From the NCBI GenBank assembly GCA_963579845.1, contig CAUZHS010000002.1:38827-102826 (forward strand): DNA of 64,000 nucleotides. Direction: 5' to 3'. Positions 10,319 through 18,267 of this stretch are shown one piece after another. The DNA comes from Dehalococcoidia bacterium. Its GTDB lineage: Bacteria > Chloroflexota > Dehalococcoidia > Lucifugimonadales > Australimonadaceae. The notes under the pieces were generated by a model, which saw only the letters and a program-made list of their open reading frames with translations, searched no databases and was not told the origin of the DNA. The translations under genes and the position numbers were made by a program. The number at the start of each line of letters is the position of its first letter. Within the stretch, counting starts at the first letter, position 1.

Positions 10319-11713
10319 CTACAGGTGGCGGATGCGTGGTTCCCACACCGCTACGGCCAGGACAATAGCCACGCAGGCCGTGCCAATGCTCACGAAGGCG
10401 ACCCCTATGCCGAAGGTATCAGCGAGGAAGCCGCCGAAGACCGCCGCCACGGGCATCATGCTCTGGCTGATGACCGTGAGCCCCATCACGCGCCCCCGCA
10501 GCTCGCTGGGGGTGTTGCGGAGCAGCAGACTGCTGTTGGAGGCGCGGAATATTGTCTGGGAGCCGCTGGCCACCAGGATGAGCGGGACGGCGGCCCAGAA
10601 CCATTGCACGCCGCCTAGGGCGATGATGGTTACTCCGTAGAGGACTCCGACACCCAGCTCCAAGAGCCCCTGTCGAGGGATGACTCCCCGGGAGGCGATG
10701 GCAAGCCCCGCCACCAAAGCACCAACACCGGCCACGGAGAGGAGTGCCCCGTAGGCGCCGGCACCCATGTCCAAAGTGCGTACGGCGAACACGGGCAATA
10801 GCGTTTGGAAGCTGAAGGCAAAGGCCAGCGGGCCGATGGGCATCAGCAACAGCGCGAGAATGAGCCGGTTCCCCATCACGTATCCGATGCCCTCTTTCAA
10901 ATCGTCCAAGAGGGACGCGCTACGCTGGCGCACCTCAATCGGAGGAATGTGGATGTGCACAGTGGAAAGCAGCATGAGGGCGTAGAATCCACTGCTGAGC
11001 GCGTAGGCCCAGCCGGCGTTGGAGTAGACGATGAGCAACGCGACCAATGCCGGACCGCCTAGACGCGTGGCGTTGATGGCAATGGAGTTTAAGGAGAGCG
11101 CCTGTAGGACGTATTGCTGCGGCAGCAGCGAGGGGATGAGGGCGGTGCGGACGGGTTGGTTGATGGACTGGCCGAAGGATAAGGCGACGGCGCTGGCGTA
11201 CAGGTGCCACAGCTCCAATCGTCCACTGATGACCACCCAGGCCATGAGGCTAAACACTAGGAACGACCATGTTTGGATGATGAGCAGTAGCTTGCGCTTG
11301 TTGAAGCGGTCGGCGAGCACCCCACCCCAGAGTCCGAGCGCCAGCGATGGGCCGACACGCATGAGGTTGACGATTCCCAGCTGGAGGGCGGAGCCGGTCA
11401 GTTCCAAGGTGAGCCAGTTCCGGGCCACCTGCTCCGTCCACATGGAAGAGGCCTGGGCCACCTGCCCGAACCACAGCAGCCGGAAGTCGCGGTAGGCCAG
11501 GGAGGTGAAGGGGCGCAGCAGCCCGCCACGTGGTTGGCGCTCCACGTCCTGAGAATCGACCGGGGTTGAAGGGGGTCGCTGGGAGTTCAGGGCATTCACA
11601 ATATCGGATGGATTGGGACTCGGACAGGATACTATGCTGGCCGGAATGCTCGGGTTGACAACCGACGCTGTTCCATAGAGTCTACCGCCTATTCTGCCTG
11701 CTTCAGCGAGCAA
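10319..11713 (-). CDS. MFS transporter
   Basis: 464-aa ORF with about 12 hydrophobic segments; FRLLWFGQ...GGVLADRFNKRKLL motif. ORF-track start is a TTG only 20 nt from the divergent gene, so the true start is probably downstream (e.g. GTG at 11545). Confidence 0.75.
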   Translation of the reverse strand: MLAEAGRIGGRLYGTASVVNPSIPASIVSCPSPNPSDIVNALNSQRPPSTPVDSQDVERQPRGGLLRPFTSLAYRDFRLLWFGQVAQASSMWTEQVARNWLTLELTGSALQLGIVNLMRVGPSLALGLWGGVLADRFNKRKLLLIIQTWSFLVFSLMAWVVISGRLELWHLYASAVALSFGQSINQPVRTALIPSLLPQQYVLQALSLNSIAINATRLGGPALVALLIVYSNAGWAYALSSGFYALMLLSTVHIHIPPIEVRQRSASLLDDLKEGIGYVMGNRLILALLLMPIGPLAFAFSFQTLLPVFAVRTLDMGAGAYGALLSVAGVGALVAGLAIASRGVIPRQGLLELGVGVLYGVTIIALGGVQWFWAAVPLILVASGSQTIFRASNSSLLLRNTPSELRGRVMGLTVISQSMMPVAAVFGGFLADTFGIGVAFVSIGTACVAIVLAVAVWEPRIRHL

Positions 11714-11733
11714 CCAGGCCCAGGAGGGTTTTC

Positions 11734-14313
11734 ATGGTCTACGTGCTTCCCCTTGAACAGGCCCACGGCGACGAGGCGTGGCAAGCCGGCCCCAAGGCTG
11801 CCAACCTCTCAGCGCTGTTGGCCGCCGGATTCACTGTCCCCCGGGGCTTTGTTATCACCGTCGACGCCATGGACCACTACCTAGAAGAGGCGGGGTTGGC
11901 AGAGCGGGTGTCGGGATTCCTCGACGCCTTGGAGCTCGCAGCTCCCGAGGACATCGACGCGAAACCGCAGGCGCTTCGAGACCTGGTGCACTCAGGGGAG
12001 CTCCCAGTCGACCTGAGCAGACCTATCCTTCAGGCCTTCGAGAGCCTGGGCGGCATGCCCATTTCCGTGCGGTCGTCGTCGACGATGGAAGACCGACCCG
12101 ACGGTACTTTCGCTGGCCAGCACGATTCCTTCTTGAATATCCAGACCGAAGACGCACTTCTGAATGTCCTCAAGCAGTGCTGGGCATCCCTGTGGACTGA
12201 CCGAGCCGTGCATTATCTGAAGAGGCTGGGGATATCGCTGAAGCAGATTAAGATGGGCGTGTTGGTGCAGGTGTTGGTGCCAGCCGAGACCTCTGGGGTT
12301 GCCTTCTCCCTCAACCCGCTCACCGGCGAGGCCACCCAGGTCTCGGTGTCGGCCTCCTATGGCCTGGGCGAGTCTACCGTTTCCGGTGCGGTCACGCCTG
12401 ACCACGCGTTGGTTTTGCGCGATGGGCCTCAGCTACTGGAGTACACGCTCGGCACCAAAGCATCCGTGGTGCGTCCCGCCGCCTCTGACGGCACCGTGCT
12501 GGAGGAGATACCCAGAGGGCAGCGTGAGTCAGCCGCGCTTAGCGAGGCCCAGACCCTGGAAATAGCCAGCCTTGCGGTGAGCGTGGAAGAGCACTGGAAG
12601 GGCGTGCCCCAAGACATTGAATGGGCCTACCACGCAGGGCAGCTTTATTTGCTGCAAGCGCGGCCTATGGTGCACGCCGCTTTGCCGGAGAGGGGCCTGG
12701 CTTGGGAGAGCCCGATACCGGGGGCAACTTGGCGCCGGAACTGGCGGCTGGGGGAGTGGCTGCCCGAGCCAGTGACGCCCCTGTTCAGAACATGGCTTCT
12801 CCCCATGTTGGTCAACTCCAGGGAGGAGTTCGGCACGGGTGAGCTGGGCTGGCAGATGCGCACCACCTTTTCCATGCCCCAGCCCTGGTTCTGCATCGTC
12901 AATGGGTATTTTTACACCCGTCAGGACAGACCGTTCCGTCCCCCTGCAGCCCCTTCGGCCACCCTGGGGGAGAGAACTGCCACGAGAGGCATGGGCAATT
13001 ACGAGAACCTGAACAGGTGGCGCAATGAGTACCTTCCCGCCTACCTCAAACGGCTCCACGGACACCTGGAGTACGATATTGCATCCGCGAGCTCCGAAGA
13101 TCTGGTGGCCTTCTTCGATTCGCTGACCCGGGAGTCGGGTGAGTTCTGGTATCTGATGGCCCCCATTGGCTATGGCTTTGAGTCCAGCTTCGCTGAGTAC
13201 TATGCAAGCGTCATCCCAGAAGCATTGCGTCCCCACTACACGACCTTCTTCAAGGGCTTTCCCAGCAAGGTGATGGAGGGAGAGGAGGCGCTGCGTGCGC
13301 TTGCCATGCGCGGGAAGGAGGACGGTTCTCTGGCGGAGCGCCTCTTGGCAAGCACTGCCCAAGCCGTTGTCCAAGAGCTGGAGCAGATGCCGGACTGGCT
13401 CCGGCAAGGGCTGGATGCCTACCACGGCGAATACGGGCATCAGGTGTACAACCTGGACCTTTCCTTTCCCACCATGGGGGAAGCCCCCGTGGGGACCATC
13501 GCCGCTTTGCAGAACTATCTGCGCTATGAGACTCAGTCGCCAGCGATGTTGCTGAAGGCCTCTGCTGAACAGCGGGAAGCCGCCGAACGGCAAGTGTTGG
13601 CGTTACTGGCTGACCAACCCCAGGAACAGGAGTATCTGCGCCAATCGATCAGGGGTTTCCAGGCCAGTGCGGCCTCGCGCGAGGACGCCGGATTCTACCT
13701 GCAGCGTCCCTGGCCGCTGCTCAGGCGCGTCGTCTTGGAGCTGGGCCGTCGCATTGCCGAGGCCGGTGTTCTGGAAGCGCCGGAGCAGGTCTTCTTCGTG
13801 GAGAAGGAGGAGCTGGACGGAGTGCTGGGAGCCCTGGGGCGGGGGGAGCCGGTCTCGATGCTCCATGACGTGGCCGAAGGCCGCAAGCACACCTGGGAGG
13901 AGCATCGGAAGCTGGCTGCTCCGGCCAGTATCCCTGAGGACAACGCGAAGGAAGGGATGGACGCCACAGCTGAGTTGATACAGGATGCTGAAGGAACCCG
14001 GATCATCGGCCAATCAGCCAGTCCCGGCCGGGGGCAGGGCACAGCCCGAATCATCCACTCACCCGATGAGCTGGGCCGATTCGCCAAGGGCGATGTTCTG
14101 GTGACCACGGCGGCCAGTCCTGCCCTCACACCCCTCTTGCTGCTGGCCTCCGCTCTGGTGACCGAGGCCGGCGGCGGCGCCAGCCATTCGACACTGGTAG
14201 CGCGGGATTTGGGCGTTCCGACGGTGGTGAACACCGGCATTGCGACCCGGGTTATCCGCGATGGCCAGCAGGTTGAAGTGGATGGCACCCGAGGCATCAT
14301 CCGGCTTCTCTAG
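11734..14313 (+). CDS. PEP-utilising enzyme, phosphoenolpyruvate synthase / rifampicin phosphotransferase-like three-domain kinase
   Basis: 859-aa ORF. N-terminal PPDK-type ATP-grasp (GPKAANLS, VRSSSTMEDRPDGTFAGQHDS). About 400-aa middle domain of no recognised family. C-terminal swivel His domain (TEAGGGASHSTLVARDLGVPTVV). AGGAGG RBS 6 nt upstream. Confidence 0.8.
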   Translation: MVYVLPLEQAHGDEAWQAGPKAANLSALLAAGFTVPRGFVITVDAMDHYLEEAGLAERVSGFLDALELAAPEDIDAKPQALRDLVHSGELPVDLSRPILQAFESLGGMPISVRSSSTMEDRPDGTFAGQHDSFLNIQTEDALLNVLKQCWASLWTDRAVHYLKRLGISLKQIKMGVLVQVLVPAETSGVAFSLNPLTGEATQVSVSASYGLGESTVSGAVTPDHALVLRDGPQLLEYTLGTKASVVRPAASDGTVLEEIPRGQRESAALSEAQTLEIASLAVSVEEHWKGVPQDIEWAYHAGQLYLLQARPMVHAALPERGLAWESPIPGATWRRNWRLGEWLPEPVTPLFRTWLLPMLVNSREEFGTGELGWQMRTTFSMPQPWFCIVNGYFYTRQDRPFRPPAAPSATLGERTATRGMGNYENLNRWRNEYLPAYLKRLHGHLEYDIASASSEDLVAFFDSLTRESGEFWYLMAPIGYGFESSFAEYYASVIPEALRPHYTTFFKGFPSKVMEGEEALRALAMRGKEDGSLAERLLASTAQAVVQELEQMPDWLRQGLDAYHGEYGHQVYNLDLSFPTMGEAPVGTIAALQNYLRYETQSPAMLLKASAEQREAAERQVLALLADQPQEQEYLRQSIRGFQASAASREDAGFYLQRPWPLLRRVVLELGRRIAEAGVLEAPEQVFFVEKEELDGVLGALGRGEPVSMLHDVAEGRKHTWEEHRKLAAPASIPEDNAKEGMDATAELIQDAEGTRIIGQSASPGRGQGTARIIHSPDELGRFAKGDVLVTTAASPALTPLLLLASALVTEAGGGASHSTLVARDLGVPTVVNTGIATRVIRDGQQVEVDGTRGIIRLL

Positions 14314-14455
14314 CCAGGGCGTGCCTAGGATCCACAAGGGTATCCCCTTGGCCCACCTGCGGGGACTCGGAATGCAAAATTACCAGCTTGCTGCGCGCAT
14401 CCTGCCGAAAACGCGGGGCTTGTTGGAGGGGTGCCTGACCTTAATTCGAGGAGAG

Positions 14456-14965
14456 CTACTCTAGCCCTTCTGCTTTGTAGAGTTGCGCCAATTTCACGTA
14501 GCTGGACGAGATGTGCTCAATCAGCAAGTGGTGTCGCTTAAGTAATCTGCCCTTAATCTCCGCGGGGAGCCCCGCGGTCAAGGACCCTTCGGCTACCTGC
14601 TTGCCCGCCAGCACCACAGCGCCCGACGCCACAATGCAATGGTTGGCGATGACCGCACCGTCGTTCACTACGCATCCATTGCCCAGAAGCGTGTGGTCGC
14701 CCACTCTGGCTGCGTGGCAGACTACACCGTGTCCCAGAGTCACGTAGTTGCCCAAGGACGCGCCCGCATCGGAGTGCACCACGCTGTTGTCTTGAATATT
14801 GGTGTGACTTCCAATGGTGATGCGGCCGTGGTCTGCACGAATGACCGCGCCGGGCCACACACTCGAGTGCGGCCCCATGACCACGTCGCCCACTACATAG
14901 GCCGCCTCACTGATGTAGGCTGTGGGATCGATTTGGGGCGTTTTCCCGTTTAGAGCGCGAATCAT
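14456..14965 (-). CDS. gamma-carbonic anhydrase family / hexapeptide-repeat protein
   Basis: 169-aa ORF; left-handed beta-helix repeats, SVWPGAVIRADHGRITIGSHTNIQDNSVVH typical of YrdA/PaaY-like proteins. Confidence 0.85.
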   Translation of the reverse strand: MIRALNGKTPQIDPTAYISEAAYVVGDVVMGPHSSVWPGAVIRADHGRITIGSHTNIQDNSVVHSDAGASLGNYVTLGHGVVCHAARVGDHTLLGNGCVVNDGAVIANHCIVASGAVVLAGKQVAEGSLTAGLPAEIKGRLLKRHHLLIEHISSSYVKLAQLYKAEGLE

Positions 14966-15015
14966 GAAATTGCAACAAGCCTAACGCCAGCGGCCCCAGC
15001 CTGCAACGCCCGTCA

Positions 15016-15045
15016 TTGACAGACCACCGTGACCGCCCCCATAAT
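15016..15045 (+). promoter_or_regulatory. putative sigma-70-type promoter of the trpS leader
   Basis: TTGACA (15016-15021), 18-nt spacer, CATAAT (15040-15045), just upstream of the T-box leader. Confidence 0.5.
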
Positions 15046-15059
15046 CCGCGCACTAGAAT

Positions 15060-15250
15060 TTAAAAGGCTGCGAAGGTGGAGAGTAGGCCTCAAGGCGAGA
15101 CTCAGAGAGCCGGGGGAAGCTGTGAACCTGGTGTCTGCCGGAGAGACTGAAGGGACCCGGGAGCTTCGGTTCCAACGCCCCGGAAGGTCGGGGTAAGAAG
15201 GGTGGCAACGTGGTTGACCCCGCCCCTTTAATAAGGCGGCGGGTTTTTTA
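15060..15250 (+). promoter_or_regulatory. T-box leader RNA (tRNA-sensing riboswitch) upstream of trpS
   Basis: Stem I-like GCGAAGGUGGAGAGUAGG and CAGAGAGCCGG (AG-bulge box). T-box core AGAAGGGUGGCAACGUGG at 15197-15213, overlapping a terminator/antiterminator alternative. UGG triplet at 15129-15131 is a candidate Trp specifier. Confidence 0.7.
15218..15249 (+). terminator. intrinsic terminator of the T-box leader
   Basis: CCCCGCCCC (15218-15226) pairs with GGCGGCGGG (15235-15243), followed by a T6 tract at 15244-15249. Confidence 0.7.
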
Positions 15251-15375
15251 TTTGCAAGATGTGCCCTGAACCCATAACCAGTATTTGGCGGTGGGCTAAA
15301 CTGTCGGACGGTGGTCTCATAAGTTCGAGCCCCTCGTATGTGGGTTTGGGGCCGCGCCCCGAAAGGAGGTCTCAG

Positions 15376-16371
15376 ATGGTGACCCGTGTGTACTCGGCCA
15401 TGCGTCCCACGGGACGGCTGCACCTCGGCAACTACTTCGGTGCGCTGAAAAACTGGGTGGACCTTCAAGACCAGTACGAATGCATCTTTGGCGTGGCGGA
15501 CGCCCATGCCCTTACTACACTCCAGGGCCAGGAGCACAAGGAGATAGTGCCCAACGGCAAGGAGATGGTGCTGGATTGGTTGGCTGCGGGCTTGGACCCC
15601 GAGAAGTGCATCATGTACGTTCAGTCCCACGTGAAGGAGGAGCTGGTGCTCTACGGGTTGCTGGGCATGAGCACGCCCTTGGGTTGGCTGATGCGTGTGC
15701 CTACCTTCAAGGACCGCGTACGGCAGATGGGCGAGGATGAGGAGCACGTCGGATTCGGCCTGGTGGGCTATCCCGTGCTGCAGACCGCCGACATTATTCT
15801 TTTCAAGGCTGACGCCGTTCCGGTGGGAGTGGACCAGGTGCCCCACGTAGAAATTTCCAGGGAGATCGCCCGTCGGTTCAATCGATTGTTCGGCGAGACT
15901 TTTCCCGAGCCCCAGGCCCTGCTCACCGAGACCCCGTCCATTGCCGGCACCGATAGCGTCAACAAGATGAGCAAGAGCTTGGACAATCACATCGAGATTT
16001 CGGCCACTGAGGAGGAGACTACCCGGCGGGTTATGACTATGGTTACCGATCCTCAGCGCGCTCGGCGCACCGATCCCGGTCGGCCCGGGGTGTGCAATGT
16101 GTTCGCCCTCCACAAGATTTTCACCCCCAATAAGCTGGATGAAATCCACCGGTTGTGCACCACCGCGGGTATCGGTTGCGTGGAGGATAAGCAGCAGCTT
16201 TCCGAGGGCATCAACCGTTACCTGATGGAGTTTCGTGAGCGCCGCCGGGAGCTGGAGAAAAAGCGAGGCTACGTGGAAGAGGTGCTGGCCCACGGCGCCG
16301 AGCGGGCGCGAGCTATTGCCCGTAACACCCTGGACGAGGTCTATGAGCGCATGGGGCTGGCCGGGTCATGA
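15376..16371 (+). CDS. trpS: tryptophanyl-tRNA synthetase
   Basis: Internal ATG at 15376 of the 15259..16371 ORF, preceded by AAAGGAGG. MVTRVYSAMRPTGRLHLGNYFGA (HIGH-like), KMSKS motif (VNKMSKSL). Confidence 0.9.
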   Translation: MVTRVYSAMRPTGRLHLGNYFGALKNWVDLQDQYECIFGVADAHALTTLQGQEHKEIVPNGKEMVLDWLAAGLDPEKCIMYVQSHVKEELVLYGLLGMSTPLGWLMRVPTFKDRVRQMGEDEEHVGFGLVGYPVLQTADIILFKADAVPVGVDQVPHVEISREIARRFNRLFGETFPEPQALLTETPSIAGTDSVNKMSKSLDNHIEISATEEETTRRVMTMVTDPQRARRTDPGRPGVCNVFALHKIFTPNKLDEIHRLCTTAGIGCVEDKQQLSEGINRYLMEFRERRRELEKKRGYVEEVLAHGAERARAIARNTLDEVYERMGLAGS

Positions 16372-17222
16372 GTGAACTGCATATAAGGGGTACCAGTCTG
16401 CCTTTGGGTACAGGTGGCCTCACGGCGTTGGAGACCGCCGAAGAGGCTGCCAGGGCTGCGGGGCGCATCATTCGCGAGCGGTTCGATGCATCCATCGGAA
16501 CTGCGGGGCTCATCGAAGTGTCGTTTAAGGGACGGAACAACATCGTCACCGATGTTGACCACGCCGCCGAGGAGGCTGTCATCGCGGTGCTCCGGCGCGA
16601 ATACCCGCAGCATGGCATCTGGGCGGAAGAGTCAGGACGGTTCCAGAGGGAGAGTTCTTTCACCTGGATCATCGACCCCCTGGACGGTACCCGGAACTTC
16701 GCCAGTGGTATACCCCATTTCGCGGTGAGTCTGGCCCTGGTGGACGGCGATACCCCGGTCCTCGGCTGCACCTACGACCCCATGCGCGATGAGCTCTTCT
16801 CCGCGGAGGCGGGCCGTGGGACCCACGTGAACGGCGAACGGGTGCTGGTAGCCCAAGCGGAAGCCCTGGAGCAGTGTATCTTGGGCTTCGATCTGGGCTA
16901 CGTCGACGATAAGGCAGTCTGGCTAATGGATATGCTCCGAGGCCTCTGGCCGAACATGCAGGCCTTTCGCATCGTGGGTTCGGCTGCTTTAGGGTACGCC
17001 TATGTTGCCGCTGGTCGATTTCACCTCTATGCGCACCACCATCTGCAACCGTGGGACGTGGCCGCCGGGCTGGTGCTGAGTGCTGAAGCCGGTGGCGTGG
17101 CAACTACCCTTCAGGGAGCCGAGCCAAGGGTGGAAAGCACCGCCATTGTCGCTGCAAGCCCAGCTATCCACGCTAAATTCATGGCGGCCACTAGCGAAAC
17201 TCATTGGCGAAGCATCCTCTAA
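16368..17222 (+). CDS. inositol monophosphatase family protein (SuhB/HisN-like)
   Basis: 284-aa ORF; WIIDPLDGTRNF, EESG, WDVAAG motifs; ATGA overlap with trpS stop. Confidence 0.85.
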   Translation: MSELHIRGTSLPLGTGGLTALETAEEAARAAGRIIRERFDASIGTAGLIEVSFKGRNNIVTDVDHAAEEAVIAVLRREYPQHGIWAEESGRFQRESSFTWIIDPLDGTRNFASGIPHFAVSLALVDGDTPVLGCTYDPMRDELFSAEAGRGTHVNGERVLVAQAEALEQCILGFDLGYVDDKAVWLMDMLRGLWPNMQAFRIVGSAALGYAYVAAGRFHLYAHHHLQPWDVAAGLVLSAEAGGVATTLQGAEPRVESTAIVAASPAIHAKFMAATSETHWRSIL

Positions 17223-17277
17223 CTAGTCTTCGAACTCCACCGGCTCCTAATATAATATGTAGGGGACGGGGATTCTT

Positions 17278-18264
17278 ATGAGGATACTAGCGGGAATACG
17301 GCAGGTCGGTGATTGGCTGCGCAAAGCGCTTTACCGGCTTCCGGCTCCGCCAGTCCTGAGAGCGTTGGGTGAGCTCATCTGGCGCACCCTGCGCAACTTT
17401 GGCCGGAATGAGGGGACGCAGATGGCGGCCGGTTTGGCCTACTACATTCTCTTCTCGCTGTTCCCAATTGCCCTGGGTGCCATCGGTGTTGCAGGCTATT
17501 TCGTTGGTTCCGAAGAGGCCCAGACTCAACTCTTTGAGTTTTTCGAAGACCAGCTGCCGGGCCTGGCCGATAGTGCTATCATCCACGATAACATCACCGG
17601 CCTGGCCGACGCCCGCGGAGCGATCAGCCTGTTTTCGCTGGTCGCACTCTTCATTGCCGGTAGAGCGGTGTTCGGCTCCTTGCACCGCATCATGAACCGG
17701 GCCTGGCGCGTGCAGGAGCAACGGCATTTCATGGTTCAGCAGCTTCGTGCCTTTGGCATGGCCGGGAGTGTTGGATTCTTTTTGACGGTGTCGGTCTTTC
17801 TTAGCAGCTTCGGTCGGACGGTGGCCGGAGAGGATGGGTTTTTGGGTGTCCGGGTGGACCTGTTCCAATGGCTATCGACTACTCTATTCGGGGTTGTTCC
17901 TGTCGTTTTCAGCACCATCCTGTTCCTGGTGATCTACCGGTTTATTCCCAATGCCAAGGTGCGCTGGAGCGATATTATCCCCGCGTCGCTCCTGGCGGGG
18001 ATGATGTTCGAGTTGTCGAAAGTTGGCTTCGTCTTCTACCTGGATAACTTTGCGAACTTTGACCGTGTCTACGGCAGTATCTCCACGTTGATGCTGCTGC
18101 TCTTGTGGGCCTACGTGGCCTCCATCATCCTGGTGGTGGGTGCCGAGACTGCTAGCGAGTACGGACGCTCGCGCCAGAGCGGGCTTCTGCACTTCCACGG
18201 AAACTTGCGGCCCGTCAGGGGTGGACTGGGGCCTCGGATGAGTGATTGGCGGTGGGTTGGGTAA
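17278..18264 (+). CDS. YihY/BrkB family membrane protein
   Basis: 328-aa ORF; six hydrophobic segments, GLAYYILFSLFP and YGSISTLMLLLLWAYVASIILVVGAE motifs. Confidence 0.8.
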   Translation: MRILAGIRQVGDWLRKALYRLPAPPVLRALGELIWRTLRNFGRNEGTQMAAGLAYYILFSLFPIALGAIGVAGYFVGSEEAQTQLFEFFEDQLPGLADSAIIHDNITGLADARGAISLFSLVALFIAGRAVFGSLHRIMNRAWRVQEQRHFMVQQLRAFGMAGSVGFFLTVSVFLSSFGRTVAGEDGFLGVRVDLFQWLSTTLFGVVPVVFSTILFLVIYRFIPNAKVRWSDIIPASLLAGMMFELSKVGFVFYLDNFANFDRVYGSISTLMLLLLWAYVASIILVVGAETASEYGRSRQSGLLHFHGNLRPVRGGLGPRMSDWRWVG

Positions 18265-18267
18265 AGC

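Noticed and set aside
12529-13593. 354-aa minus-strand ORF inside the PEP-utilising enzyme gene
   Set aside because: An antisense open frame in GC-rich coding DNA. It has no recognisable motifs, and the plus-strand gene is continuous and motif-bearing.
15310-15340. tRNA-like T-loop string AAGTTCGAGCCCC in the trpS leader
   Set aside because: The flanking bases do not form a T-stem, acceptor stem or anticodon arm on either strand, so this is not a tRNA gene.
15013-16293. 426-aa ORF on the minus strand
   Set aside because: It lies antisense to trpS and the T-box leader. It has low-complexity G/H/L/P/R-rich composition typical of open antisense frames in GC-rich DNA. The plus strand carries unambiguous TrpRS motifs.
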